This document shows positions 17,934 through 27,672 of a DNA stretch of 64,000 bases, piece by piece. The notes beneath the pieces were generated by a model. The model did no database searches. It was not told where the DNA came from and saw only the letters and a list, made by a program, of their open reading frames with translations. A program made the translations under genes and the position numbers. Source of the DNA: Deltaproteobacteria bacterium (GTDB taxonomy: Bacteria > Myxococcota > XYA12-FULL-58-9); the NCBI GenBank assembly GCA_016218825.1, contig JACRCV010000056.1:160416-224415 (forward strand). Reading direction: 5' to 3'. Numbering within the stretch: the stretch's first letter is position 1; each line of letters begins with the position of its first letter.

Positions 17934-20336
17934 TCAGGCGTCGCCGGCGCCGGCCACGGTCTTCGGCGGCAGCGGCGCGGGCCCGAGGCCCATGTAGTGC
18001 AGCATCCCCTTCGCGGCGCGCCGGCCGTCCCCCATCGCCAGGATCACCGTCGCCGCGCCGCGGACGATGTCGCCGCCGGCGAACACCCCGGACACCGACG
18101 ACATCTGCGTCGTCGGGTCGACCTCGATGTAGCCCCATTTGTTGGTCTTCAAGCCCGGGGTGCTCTGCGCGATGACCGGGTTCGCCGAGGTGCCGAGCGC
18201 CGAGACCACCATGTCGACGTCGAGGACGTGCTCGCTGCCCTTCTTGACGATCGGCTTGCGGCGCCCGGATTCGTCGGGCTCGCCGAGCTCCATGCTGACG
18301 ACCTCCATGCCGGTCACCCAGCCCTGGCTGTTTCCGAGGATGCGGGTCGGGTTCGTGAGCCACAGGCACTCGACGCCCTCTTCGATGGCGTGGTGCAGCT
18401 CTTCGGCGCGGGCCGGCGACTCCTTGATGCTGCGGCGGTAGACCAGATAGACCTTCTCGGCTCCCATCCGCAGCGCCACGCGACAGCCGTCCATCGCGGT
18501 GTTGCCGGCACCGATGACCGCCACCCTCTTCCCCATCCCGACCGGGGTGTCGTAGAGCGGCTGCCTGAAGCCCTGCATCAGGTTGACGCGGGTCAGGAAC
18601 TCGTTCGCCGAGACCACGCCGTTCAGCGCCTCGCCGGGGATGCCCATGAACTTCGGGCTGCCGGCGCCGGTGCCGACGAACACGGTGTCGTTCTTCTTGT
18701 CGGTCAAGAGCTGCGGGATCGTGAAGATCTTGCCGATGATCTTGTCGAGCTCGAAGCGCACCCCGAGCTTCGCGAGGCCGTCGATCTCGATGTCGATGGT
18801 GTCGTTCGGCAGCCGGAACTCGGGGATGCCGTACTTCAACACCCCACCGGCGACGTGCAACGCCTCATAGACCGTGACCTCGACCCCGGCCTTCACCAGA
18901 TCGCCCGCCACCGCCAGCCCCGCCGGGCCCGAGCCGATGACCGCGGCCCGCTTGCCCGAGGGCTTGGCCTTCACCGGCGCGTCCCAGCCCCGACCGACCG
19001 CGAAGTCGGCGGCGAAGCGCTCCAGACGACCGATCGCCACCGGCTCCAGCTTGTTGCCGACGATGCAGGTGGCCTCGCACTGGGTCTCCTGCGGACAGAC
19101 GCGGCCGCACACCGCCGGCAGCGCGTTGGCGTCCTTCAGGACCAGATAGGCCCCCTTCATGTCCCGGCGCGCCATCGCGCCGATGAAGCTCGGGATGTCG
19201 ATCTCCACCGGACAGCCGGGGACGCACTTGGGCTTGGTGCACTGGATGCAACGGTCGGCCTCGGCGAGCGCCATCTCCAGGCTGAAGCCGAGCGCCACCT
19301 CTTCGAAGTTGCCCTTGCGAACCGCGGCCGGTTGCTCCGGCATCGCGGTGCGCTTCGGCGCCACGGTGCTGAGCTTCTTCATCTTCCGTGGCGTACCGGG
19401 CGCCGGCGTCGGCGCGGTCGGCGCCGGCGGCTCGACGCGGCTCATCGCCCGTGCTCGCGCCTCGACCACCGCCGGGTTGCGGCCGCCGTGGCCGAGCTCC
19501 CGCAGCCGCTGGCGCTCGGACTCGAAGCGCTTCAGGCACTCCTTCTCCTCGCACTCGAAGCGCTTCTGGCGCAGCATCAGCTCGTCGAAGCTCACCAGGT
19601 GGCCGTCGAAGTCCGGGCCGTCGACGCAGGCGAACTTTACCTTGCCGCCGACCGTCACCCGGCAGCTGCCGCACATGCCGGTGCCGTCCACCATGATCGA
19701 GTTCAGGCTCACCATCGTCCGGATGTTCTTCGATCGCGTCAGCTCGCTGCAGGCCTTCATCATCGGCAACGGGCCGATGGCGATCACCTCGTCGATGTCG
19801 TCGTGCTCCTCGAGGACCTTGCCGAGCACCACGGTCACGAAGCCCTTGGTGCCGAACGAGCCGTCGTCGGTGGCCACCTTGAAGTCGTCCGAGAAGCGCT
19901 CGAACTTGTCCTTCCAGAACATCAGCTCCCTGTTGCGAAAACCGATGATCGAGATGGTCTTGGAGCCGATCTCCTTGTGACGCCGGAGCTGCGGGAACAC
20001 CGGCGCGACGCCGAGGCCGCCGCCGACCACCACCACCTTGCGCTTCTTCTCCAGGTGCGACGCGACCCCGAGCGGCCCGATGAAGTCGAGGACCGACTCC
20101 CCTTCCTTCATGTCCATCATCTGATGGGTGGTCTTGCCCACCGCCTGCACCACGACGGTGACCGTGCCCCGGTCGCGATCGAAGTCGGCGACCGTGAGCG
20201 GAATGCGCTCGCCGGTCTCGTCGAGTCGGACCATCAAGAAGTGCCCCGGCTCACAGGCCCGGGCAACGTCGGGGGCCAGCACCTCCCAAAGAAAGGTGAC
20301 CGGTCCGAACTGCTCGCGCTTCACGATCTTGTACAT
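17934..20336 (-). CDS. Fused NfnA-like (PyrK/SudB-type FAD + 2Fe-2S) and NfnB/GltD-like (4Fe-4S, FAD, NAD(P)H) oxidoreductase
   Basis: N-terminus MYKIVKREQFGPVTFLWEVLAPD with GMCGSCRV.FACVDGP (2Fe-2S). Middle region CIQCTKPKCVPGCPVEIDIP. Dinucleotide folds AAVIGSGPAGL and VAVIGAGNTAMD. Single 800-aa polypeptide. Confidence 0.8.
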   Translation of the reverse strand: MYKIVKREQFGPVTFLWEVLAPDVARACEPGHFLMVRLDETGERIPLTVADFDRDRGTVTVVVQAVGKTTHQMMDMKEGESVLDFIGPLGVASHLEKKRKVVVVGGGLGVAPVFPQLRRHKEIGSKTISIIGFRNRELMFWKDKFERFSDDFKVATDDGSFGTKGFVTVVLGKVLEEHDDIDEVIAIGPLPMMKACSELTRSKNIRTMVSLNSIMVDGTGMCGSCRVTVGGKVKFACVDGPDFDGHLVSFDELMLRQKRFECEEKECLKRFESERQRLRELGHGGRNPAVVEARARAMSRVEPPAPTAPTPAPGTPRKMKKLSTVAPKRTAMPEQPAAVRKGNFEEVALGFSLEMALAEADRCIQCTKPKCVPGCPVEIDIPSFIGAMARRDMKGAYLVLKDANALPAVCGRVCPQETQCEATCIVGNKLEPVAIGRLERFAADFAVGRGWDAPVKAKPSGKRAAVIGSGPAGLAVAGDLVKAGVEVTVYEALHVAGGVLKYGIPEFRLPNDTIDIEIDGLAKLGVRFELDKIIGKIFTIPQLLTDKKNDTVFVGTGAGSPKFMGIPGEALNGVVSANEFLTRVNLMQGFRQPLYDTPVGMGKRVAVIGAGNTAMDGCRVALRMGAEKVYLVYRRSIKESPARAEELHHAIEEGVECLWLTNPTRILGNSQGWVTGMEVVSMELGEPDESGRRKPIVKKGSEHVLDVDMVVSALGTSANPVIAQSTPGLKTNKWGYIEVDPTTQMSSVSGVFAGGDIVRGAATVILAMGDGRRAAKGMLHYMGLGPAPLPPKTVAGAGDA

Positions 20337-20648
20337 GACTGGCCAAAACTCCCTGAGACCTACCCACCAAGGCCGCGTATAGCAGACATGCGGCGGCCCG
20401 CGCTACCCGCGCCGCACCGGGGTTGGAGCGATCGAGATCTCGCTTCTTTGATTCCCGGCGGGCGCTTCGCGCCCCAGCAACCTGGCGGGGGGACCGCCCG
20501 CCGGCACGTGGTCCGAGGGCGACACTGGAGGTGACGCGCCGGCTCTGCGTCCCCCCGTGCCCCCGCACCTCGCACTGGCAAAGCCAGCTGCTCGGTGCCC
20601 GACCGGGTGGGGCGGGGCAACATCGGCCCATCCCTGCCTCGCGACCGC

Positions 20649-21131
20649 CTACGCCTTGTCGCCGACGATCTGCTGCGCCAGGTAGTTCTGCAGGCCCACC
20701 TGGGCGATCTGGTCGCGCTGCGCCTCGAGCCAGTCGACGTGCTTCTCTTCGTCTTTGAGGATCTTCTCCAAGAGCTCGCGACTGCCGTTGTCGTTGAGCT
20801 CGGCGCACAGGGCCACGCCCTTGTTGTAGTGGGCGACGGCGCCGTACTCGAGGTCGAGGTCGGCCTTGAGCTGCTCTTCCACGGTCTCGCCGATGTTGAT
20901 CTTGCCGAGCTTCTGGACGTTGGGGACCCCCTCGAGATACAGGATGCGCCCGATCAACGCCTCGGCGTGCTTCATCTCCTCGATGGCGTCCTTCTCCCGG
21001 AGGTCGTGGAGGCGATCGTAGCCCCAGTTGCCGCACATCTCGGCGTGCACCACGTACTGGTTGATGCCGGTCAGCTCGGCCGACAGCGACTCGTTCAAGC
21101 AGTCAATGACCTTCTTTTGTCCTTTGGGCAT
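20649..21131 (-). CDS. bfr: Bacterioferritin
   Basis: MPKGQKKVIDCLNESLSAELTGINQYVVHAEMC, 160 aa, with the haem-ligand Met and ferroxidase residues typical of Bfr. Confidence 0.9.
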   Translation of the reverse strand: MPKGQKKVIDCLNESLSAELTGINQYVVHAEMCGNWGYDRLHDLREKDAIEEMKHAEALIGRILYLEGVPNVQKLGKINIGETVEEQLKADLDLEYGAVAHYNKGVALCAELNDNGSRELLEKILKDEEKHVDWLEAQRDQIAQVGLQNYLAQQIVGDKA

Positions 21132-21134
21132 GGC

Positions 21135-21377
21135 TCATCTCCTCGCCTGGCGCCGGCGGGCTTCGGGTTCGCGGCGCGCCATCGGCACGCCAACCCCCGT
21201 CGTGTCCCTCGGTCCTTGCCGCTGGTCAAGCATCGCCTGGAGGGTCGCGCGACACGCGCCGCACGCGGTGCCGGCGCCGTCGAGCAGCTGCGACAGCGCC
21301 TCGACGTCTTTCGGCGACAGGGCGACAGCGGCCTCGGCCTGAACCTCAGACACAGCCTTGCACATGCAGACGATCAT
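21135..21377 (-). CDS. bfd: Bacterioferritin-associated ferredoxin (BFD-like 2Fe-2S)
   Basis: MIVCMCKAVSE...GTACGAC cysteine pattern. Directly upstream of bfr. Confidence 0.8.
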   Translation of the reverse strand: MIVCMCKAVSEVQAEAAVALSPKDVEALSQLLDGAGTACGACRATLQAMLDQRQGPRDTTGVGVPMARREPEARRRQARR

Positions 21378-21439
21378 TCGGCCCCTTTGCCCGTCTACAG
21401 GTAATGACGGCAGGCCGGGGCGTCAACCCGAACGGTGAC

Positions 21440-23770
21440 TCAGCGCTTCGCCCGCATCGCCGCGAGCACCCGCTCCGCGGTGAACGGCGCTCTGCGCAGG
21501 CGAACCCCGACCGCGTCGTAGATCGCGTTCGCCAAGGCCGGCAGCGGCCCGTTGATGCCGATCTCGGAGACGCTCTTGGCGCCGTAGGGCCCGCTCGCCT
21601 CGTAGGTCGGCACCAGGATGGTCTTGATGACGATGGGATCGGCGGTCGAGAACAGCTTGTAGTTGCGGAAGTTGGGGTTGCGCATCCGCCCCTGGTCGTC
21701 GAACAGGTACTCCTCGAGGAGCGCGTACGACAGCCCGTTCATCACCGCGCCCTCGCACTGCCCCTCCGCGAGCTTGGGATTGATCGCGGTGCCGCAGTCC
21801 GCGGCTATCACGTAGCGGCGGACGAACACCTGGCCGGTCTCGGTGTCGACGTCGACCTCGGCGAAGTGCGCCGCGAACGGCGGCGGCGACCTGTCGGTGA
21901 CGTGCGAGACCATCGCCCCGATCTGGTGTTGATCGTGGGCGTAGAGGCTGCGGAGCGCGACCTCGGCCAAGGTCACCTTCTTGCCGCCCTTGCCGTGCAC
22001 CGCCTTGTCGCCGAGCCGCAACCGCTCCGCGGGCTCCTGCAACATGTCGGCGGCGACGCGCTTGATCTGCGCCGCCACCTCGAGCGCCACCTTCTCCACC
22101 GCCTTGCCGGAGAGGTAGGTCGTGCTCGAGGCGTAGGCGCCGACGTCAAAGGGCGTCAGATCGGTGTCCGACGAGTAGACCACGATGTCGCCGACGTCGA
22201 CCCCGAGCACCTCCGCCGCGACCTGCGCCAGCACGGTGTCGGAGCCGGTTCCGAGATCGGTGGCGCCCATCAGCAGGTTGAACGAGCCGTCCTCGTTCAT
22301 CTTCAGGCTCGCCGCCCCCATGTCGATCTTCGGGATCGACGAGCCCTGCATGCCGATCGCCATGCCATAACCGCGCTGCACCGGCGGCGTCGCGGCCGCC
22401 TTCTGCTGCTGCCGCTCGCGCCAGCCGATGAAGGCCGCGCCCTGCTTGATGCACTCGTCCAGGCCGCAGGAGCCGATGGTCTGCTCGACCCCCTCGGTCC
22501 CCTCGCCGAGCATCCGGAACACCGGCGAGCCCTGACCCGCCTGGATGTGGCTCTTCAAGCGCAGATCGGCCGGATCCACTTTCAGCCTCTCCGCGGCCTC
22601 GTCCATCAAGCACTCGACCGCGAACGCCGCCTGCGTCGCGCCGTAGCCGCGGTAGGCCCCGGCGATCGGGCTGTTGGTGTAGACCGAGTCGGCGAAGAAC
22701 GAGACGTTGTCGCACGGATAGAGCGGCAGCACCTTCGAGCCGCAGTTGGAGATCACCGTGAGCGCGTGCGCCCCGTAGGCGCCGGTGTTGGTCCGCACCT
22801 TCATGTCGATGGCGGTGAGCTTGGCGTGCTTGTCGAAGCCGAGCGCCACCTTCACCACCGCCGGGTGCCGGGTCCTCGACGAGATGAACTCCTCGGCGCG
22901 GCTGAGCTCGAGGCGGACCGGCCAACCGCTGCGGAGCGCGAGCATCGCCACTACCTGCTCGAGGAAGACCTCCTGCTTGGCGCCGAAGCCGCCACCGATG
23001 CGCGGCTTGATCACCCGCACCCGCGACACCGGGATGCCGCAGACCGCGGCGACGATCCGCCGGGCGTGGAACGGCACCTGGGTGCTGGAGCGCAACACCA
23101 GGCGGCCGTCGGTGTCGAAGTACGCCAGCACCACGTGGGTCTCGAGCGGACAGTGTTGGCCGTAGTGGGTCTCGAACTCTCCTTCGACCTTGAGCGCCGC
23201 CGCTGCCAGCGCCGCCGCGGTGTCGCCGACGCCGGCGTCGACCTGCGCCGCGACGTTGTGTTTCGGCTCGTAGGCGACCGGGATCAGCACCCGAGCGTCC
23301 TTCTCGTCGTGAATGACCGGCGCGCCCTCGGCGTCGGCCCGGCGGATGTCGAACACCGGGGGCAGCGGCTCGTAGTCGACGACGATGCTCGCGAGCGCCG
23401 CCTCCGCCACCGCGCGGGAGGTCGCGGCCACCGCCGCCACCCGATCGCCGACGAAGCGGACCTTGGCGTCGAACAGCGGCGTATCGTAGGGCGACGGCTC
23501 GGGGTAACCCTGGCCGGCGGTGGTGTGCAGCACCCGCTCGGTGTTCCGGTGGTGGATCACCGCGCGCACCCCCGGCATCGCCTCGGCGGCGCTGGCGTCG
23601 AGCTTGGTGATGCGCGCGTGCGGGTGCGGGCTGTAGAGGATCGCGCCCCACAGCGCGTCGGCGAGGCGGACGTCGTCGGTGAACACCGGCGCCCCACAGG
23701 CGAGCGCCAGCGCGTCGATCTTGGCGACGCTGTGGCCGACCACACGCGTAGACTTCGACTTCGAGGTCAT
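21440..23770 (-). CDS. Molybdopterin-binding large subunit of a xanthine-dehydrogenase/CoxL-family molybdenum hydroxylase
   Basis: Roughly 780-aa XdhA/CoxL-like sequence (for example GGGFGAKQE and AYRGYGATQAAFAVE). Start ATG at 23770 (MTSKSKSTRVVGH). Confidence 0.85.
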   Translation of the reverse strand: MTSKSKSTRVVGHSVAKIDALALACGAPVFTDDVRLADALWGAILYSPHPHARITKLDASAAEAMPGVRAVIHHRNTERVLHTTAGQGYPEPSPYDTPLFDAKVRFVGDRVAAVAATSRAVAEAALASIVVDYEPLPPVFDIRRADAEGAPVIHDEKDARVLIPVAYEPKHNVAAQVDAGVGDTAAALAAAALKVEGEFETHYGQHCPLETHVVLAYFDTDGRLVLRSSTQVPFHARRIVAAVCGIPVSRVRVIKPRIGGGFGAKQEVFLEQVVAMLALRSGWPVRLELSRAEEFISSRTRHPAVVKVALGFDKHAKLTAIDMKVRTNTGAYGAHALTVISNCGSKVLPLYPCDNVSFFADSVYTNSPIAGAYRGYGATQAAFAVECLMDEAAERLKVDPADLRLKSHIQAGQGSPVFRMLGEGTEGVEQTIGSCGLDECIKQGAAFIGWRERQQQKAAATPPVQRGYGMAIGMQGSSIPKIDMGAASLKMNEDGSFNLLMGATDLGTGSDTVLAQVAAEVLGVDVGDIVVYSSDTDLTPFDVGAYASSTTYLSGKAVEKVALEVAAQIKRVAADMLQEPAERLRLGDKAVHGKGGKKVTLAEVALRSLYAHDQHQIGAMVSHVTDRSPPPFAAHFAEVDVDTETGQVFVRRYVIAADCGTAINPKLAEGQCEGAVMNGLSYALLEEYLFDDQGRMRNPNFRNYKLFSTADPIVIKTILVPTYEASGPYGAKSVSEIGINGPLPALANAIYDAVGVRLRRAPFTAERVLAAMRAKR

Positions 23771-23777
23771 CGGCCCC

Positions 23778-25184
23778 TCACCCTCTCGGCCGGCGTCGCA
23801 ACGACGCCGCCGCCTTTTGCACCGCCGCGAGCTGTTTGACGTAGCCGGTGCAGCGACACAGGTTGCCGTCCAACGCCAGGCGCAGCTCTGCGTCACTCGG
23901 ATCGGGGATGACGTCCAACAGGCTCTTGGCGGCGACCACGAAGCCCGGAGTACAGAAGCCGCACTGCACCGCGCCTTCCTCCACCATCGCCGTCTGCAGC
24001 GGATGGGGGCAAAGCACGGTGCCGATGCCGGCCGCGGTCAAGAGCGACAAGCCGTCGACCCGCGCCGCCAGCACCAGGCAGCTGTTCAACACCCTTCCTG
24101 CGACCTGCACCGTGCAGGTGCCACAGTAGCCTTCGTCACAACCGCGCTTGACGCTGGCGACGCCCTCGCGCCGCAATACGTCAATCAGCAAGTCGCCCGG
24201 CCGGGTAGCGAAGCGCCGCGCGGCGCCGTCGACCTCGAGGTGCAACACTCGGCCGCTCTCCGGACTGGTGCGCAGCCGCGGCCATGGCGGCGGCTGCATC
24301 CGGCGCGGTACCTTCAGCTTCTCTTCACCGCTGGCCCGGTGCCAGGCGGAGATCAGCGCCCGGCGCACCGCGGTCGCGAGCAGCTCGCGACGATACTCCG
24401 GGCTCGCGCGCAGGTCCGCGTGGACCACGGCCCCCGCGGCGACGCGCTTCGCCGCCTCACCGATCAGGGTCTCGTTGAGCTTGGCGCCGACGAGCAGCGC
24501 CTCCGCCGCCGGCGCACGCGCCGGCCGCGGCTGCACGGTGCCGAAGGCGATCGCCGCCGCCTTGCAGACCCCGGCCTCGACCGTGAGCAGCGCCGCGGCG
24601 TTGGCGAGCCCGATGTCGACGGCGGTGCGCGCCATCTTGACGAACGCGCCCCCGGTCCCGGGCGCGGGCTTGCGGACCGCGACCGCGGTGATGATCTCGC
24701 CGGGCTCGAGGACCTTGCGGGGGTGCTCGACGAAGAGCTCCGCCAGGCTCAACCGCCTCTTCGTGCCCGGATCGCGGGCGATGATCGCCGTGGCGTCGAG
24801 CGCCAACAGCGCCACCGGCAAGTCGGCCCACGACAGGTGCCCGGTGATGTTGCCGGCCACGGTGACCTGGTTACGCACCGCCTGCGGCGACACCGCGGCC
24901 GCGGCCTCGCAGAGCATGCCGGCACCGAGCCCGTCGAGGCTGGCCGAGCCCGCGAGCGTCGCGGCGGTGACCGTCGCGCCGATCGTGATCTCGACGGCGT
25001 CCGCCTCGATGCTCTCGAGCCCGCAGCGGGTGATGTCGACGAGGATCCCGACGCGCGACGGCAGCCGCAGCGACTGCACCGTGCCGCCGCTGACAATCGC
25101 CGCCCGACCGCCGCGCTCCTTGAGCAGGCGCAGGGCTTCGTTGACCGTCGTCGGGATCAGGTACTCGCTCAGGTGGATCGTCAT
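23778..25184 (-). CDS. Fused FAD-binding (CoxM/XdhB-like) + 2Fe-2S (CoxS/XdhC-like) subunit of the molybdenum hydroxylase
   Basis: N-terminal FAD/PCMH domain (AAIVSGGTVQSL). C-terminal CDEGYCGTCTV...CGFCTPGF...CRCTGY 2Fe-2S clusters. 4-bp overlap with the upstream amidohydrolase gene. Confidence 0.8.
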   Translation of the reverse strand: MTIHLSEYLIPTTVNEALRLLKERGGRAAIVSGGTVQSLRLPSRVGILVDITRCGLESIEADAVEITIGATVTAATLAGSASLDGLGAGMLCEAAAAVSPQAVRNQVTVAGNITGHLSWADLPVALLALDATAIIARDPGTKRRLSLAELFVEHPRKVLEPGEIITAVAVRKPAPGTGGAFVKMARTAVDIGLANAAALLTVEAGVCKAAAIAFGTVQPRPARAPAAEALLVGAKLNETLIGEAAKRVAAGAVVHADLRASPEYRRELLATAVRRALISAWHRASGEEKLKVPRRMQPPPWPRLRTSPESGRVLHLEVDGAARRFATRPGDLLIDVLRREGVASVKRGCDEGYCGTCTVQVAGRVLNSCLVLAARVDGLSLLTAAGIGTVLCPHPLQTAMVEEGAVQCGFCTPGFVVAAKSLLDVIPDPSDAELRLALDGNLCRCTGYVKQLAAVQKAAASLRRRPRG

Positions 25185-26599
25185 CGCGGGCCTTCCTTCG
25201 CTCTCGCCTGGAGGAAATCGCGACCGGTGTGCGCCTGGGCGCCGCTCACCATGCTCGCGGCGATGTCGTTCGCGAGACCGATCAGCTCGTCCTCGTCGGC
25301 GCCGACCAGGCGGCCGCCGGCGACCGCCACCTCGCCGTTCACCACCACCAGGTCGGCGCGCCGCGCCGCGGCACAGAACACCAGCGCCGCCACCGGGTCG
25401 TGCATCGCGCCGGCGAAGCCCAGATCGTGGGTGTCGAAGACCGCGAAGTCGGCGGCCTTGCCGGGCTCGAGGCTGCCGATGTCGTCGCGGTTCAAGACCT
25501 CGGCGCCGCCCCGAGTCGCGATCTCCAACACCGAGCTCGCGGTGGTCGAGCCGACGCCGCTCTGGATGCGGTGCACGAGCAGCGCCATCCGCACCTCGGC
25601 GAGCATGTTGGAGGAGTCGTTGGAGGCGCTGCCATCGACCGCCAGACCCACCGGCACCCCCAGGGCGCGCATCTTCGGCACCAGGGCTATCCCCGAGGCC
25701 AGCCGGAGGTTCGAGGTCGGACAGTGGGCGATGCCGGTCTTGGTGGCGGCGAGCAGCCCGAGCTCGTCGTCGTTGAAGTGGATGCCGTGGGCGTACCAGA
25801 CGTCACGCCCGACCCACCCCTGCCGCTCCATGTAGGCGAGCGGCCGCAGACCGACGGTCTTCAGACAAAAGGCCTCCTCGTCCTTGGTCTCCGCCAGGTG
25901 GGTGTGCATCAGGACCTTGTGGCGGCGGGCCAACAGCGCGGTCTTCTCCAGGAGCTTGTCGGTGACCGAAAACGGCGAGCACGGCGCCAGCGCCACGCGG
26001 CACATCGAGAACGGCGCCGGATCGTGGAGCGTTTGGATGACGCGCTCGCAGTCGGCGAGGATCGCGTCCTCGGGCTGCACCAGATCGTCGGGCGGCAGCC
26101 CGCCACCGCTCTTGCCCCGGCTCATGCTGCCGCGGGTCGGGTGGAAGCGGATGCCGAGCTCGGCCGCGGCCCGCGCCTGCACGTCGATCAAGCGGCCGTC
26201 GACGTCCTTCGGGAACACGTAGTGGTGATCGGTGGACGTGGTGCAGCCGCTGAGCAGCAGCTCGCCCAGGCCGACGAGGGCGCCGATGCGCACCGCCTCC
26301 GGCGTCAGCTGCCGCCAGATCTCGTAGAGGTCGGTCAGCCAATCGAAGAGCTCGACGTCCTGCACCCGCGGCACGGCGCGGGTCAGCGTCTGGTAGAGGT
26401 GGTGGTGGGTGTTGACGAGCCCCGGGATCACCACCTTGCCGTGTAGATCGACGCTGCGATCGTGCGCCAGCGCCGACAGCCCCGGCCCGACCGCGGCCAA
26501 CGCCTTGCCTTCGACGAGCAGGTCGGCGTCGTACAAGACCCGGCGCGCGCGGTCCATCGTGACCACGACCTTGGCGCGACGATAGAGGGTTCGTGTCAT
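25181..26599 (-). CDS. Metal-dependent amidohydrolase, guanine/8-oxoguanine/cytosine deaminase-like (SsnA/chlorohydrolase group)
   Basis: PGLVNTHHHLYQT metal-binding motif and HTHLAET...HCP later in the sequence. Upstream of, and overlapping, the molybdenum hydroxylase genes; together they look like a purine-catabolism unit. Confidence 0.75.
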   Translation of the reverse strand: MTRTLYRRAKVVVTMDRARRVLYDADLLVEGKALAAVGPGLSALAHDRSVDLHGKVVIPGLVNTHHHLYQTLTRAVPRVQDVELFDWLTDLYEIWRQLTPEAVRIGALVGLGELLLSGCTTSTDHHYVFPKDVDGRLIDVQARAAAELGIRFHPTRGSMSRGKSGGGLPPDDLVQPEDAILADCERVIQTLHDPAPFSMCRVALAPCSPFSVTDKLLEKTALLARRHKVLMHTHLAETKDEEAFCLKTVGLRPLAYMERQGWVGRDVWYAHGIHFNDDELGLLAATKTGIAHCPTSNLRLASGIALVPKMRALGVPVGLAVDGSASNDSSNMLAEVRMALLVHRIQSGVGSTTASSVLEIATRGGAEVLNRDDIGSLEPGKAADFAVFDTHDLGFAGAMHDPVAALVFCAAARRADLVVVNGEVAVAGGRLVGADEDELIGLANDIAASMVSGAQAHTGRDFLQARAKEGPR

Positions 26600-26677
26600 G
26601 GTCTCGCCTCTCGCTTGCCCCGGCGCGCACCTGTCGGCCGGCGTCCGCCACGCCCATGCCGCGGCTCGTTGCCGACG

Positions 26678-27613
26678 CTACTTGGCGCTCGACTCCACGG
26701 TCGGCTGCGGCGTGGTCTGCGAGATCCGGCTGTTCGCCGGCACGTCCTTGGTCAGCCAGACGTTGCCGCCGATCACCGAGCCCTTGCCGATGGTGATCCG
26801 GCCGAGGACGGTGGCGCCGGCGTAGATCACCACCTCGTCCTCGAGGATCGGGTGACGCGGAATGCCCTTGATCGGATTGCCGTCGGCGTCCAACGGGAAG
26901 CTCTTGGCGCCGAGGGTCACGCCCTGGTACAGCCGCACGTTCTTGCCCAAGACGCTGGTCTCGCCGACGACCACGCCGGTGCCGTGGTCGATGAAGAAGC
27001 TCTCGGCGATCGTCGCGCCCGGGTGGATGTCGATGCCGGTCAGGCTGTGGGCATGCTCGGCGATCATCCGCGACAACAGCGGCACCTCGAGGCGGTAGAG
27101 CTCGTGCGCCAGGCGGTGGTTGGTGATCGCCATGATCCCGGGGTAGCAGAGGATGGTCTCGTCGGGCGAGGTCGCCGCCGGATCGCCCTCGTAGGCCGCC
27201 TGGACGTCGGTGCCGAGCAGACGCTTGACCTCCGGCAATCGGGCGAGGAACGCCTCGGTGGCGTTGTCGGCGCGCTCGGCGCAGTCCGGACACTCCAGGG
27301 CGCCGACGTCGCACTCGCAGACGTAGCGGAAACAGCGGTGGATCTGCTCGGCGAGCACGTGCCGCACCCGGTCCAGCGTGCCGCCGACGTGGTAACACAC
27401 GCTCGCCGGTGACAGGTCGGTGGTCCCGAAGTACCCGGGGAACATCACGCCGCGCAGCTCCTCGACCGCGGCGATGGTCGCGGTCCTGGACGGCAACAGC
27501 CGCTGGCCGCGCGCTCCGTGGTCGGAGCGCTCGGGGCTGGTGTGGGTGCTGCACCGGTAGTCGACGAGCTTGCCGAGATCGGCGATGTGATTCTGCTTCC
27601 TTCTGACTGCCAC
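26678..27613 (-). CDS. cysE: Serine O-acetyltransferase
   Basis: Left-handed beta-helix hexapeptide region (GIDIHPGATIAESFFIDHGTGVVVGETSVLG). Start is uncertain: a GTG at 27613 has an AAAGGA ribosome-binding site; an ATG (MFPGYF) at about 27448 is the alternative. Confidence 0.7.
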   Translation of the reverse strand: MAVRRKQNHIADLGKLVDYRCSTHTSPERSDHGARGQRLLPSRTATIAAVEELRGVMFPGYFGTTDLSPASVCYHVGGTLDRVRHVLAEQIHRCFRYVCECDVGALECPDCAERADNATEAFLARLPEVKRLLGTDVQAAYEGDPAATSPDETILCYPGIMAITNHRLAHELYRLEVPLLSRMIAEHAHSLTGIDIHPGATIAESFFIDHGTGVVVGETSVLGKNVRLYQGVTLGAKSFPLDADGNPIKGIPRHPILEDEVVIYAGATVLGRITIGKGSVIGGNVWLTKDVPANSRISQTTPQPTVESSAK

Positions 27614-27672
27614 GGTACGTCCTTTCTGCCTCCGGGCGCGCCGCGCGGGCGCCGGCGCCGCGGGAGCCAGGG

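Noticed and set aside
20459-20473. GC hairpin GGGCGC-TTC-GCGCCC in the 312-bp nfn-bfr intergenic region as a possible bfr terminator
   Set aside because: It has a 6-bp stem with a 3-nt loop, and on the bfr strand it is followed by an A-rich rather than U-rich tail. I cannot call an intrinsic terminator with confidence. No tRNA-like T-arm (GTTCGA/GTTCAA) is present in this spacer either.
17877-20534. 885-aa plus-strand ORF and the 18865..19674 minus-strand ORF overlapping the NfnAB-like gene
   Set aside because: The NfnAB-like frame has unambiguous FAD/FeS motifs. These are alternative-frame artefacts.
21378-21439. Fur box upstream of bfd-bfr
   Set aside because: Only a weak TAATGA fragment. 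There is no 19-bp GATAATGATAATCATTATC-like match.
21404-25835. Plus-strand ORFs 21404..23839, 23679..25835, 24148..25776 and minus-strand ORF 22146..23651 over the XDH region
   Set aside because: All are antisense to, or out of frame with, the molybdenum hydroxylase and amidohydrolase genes and have low-complexity translations.
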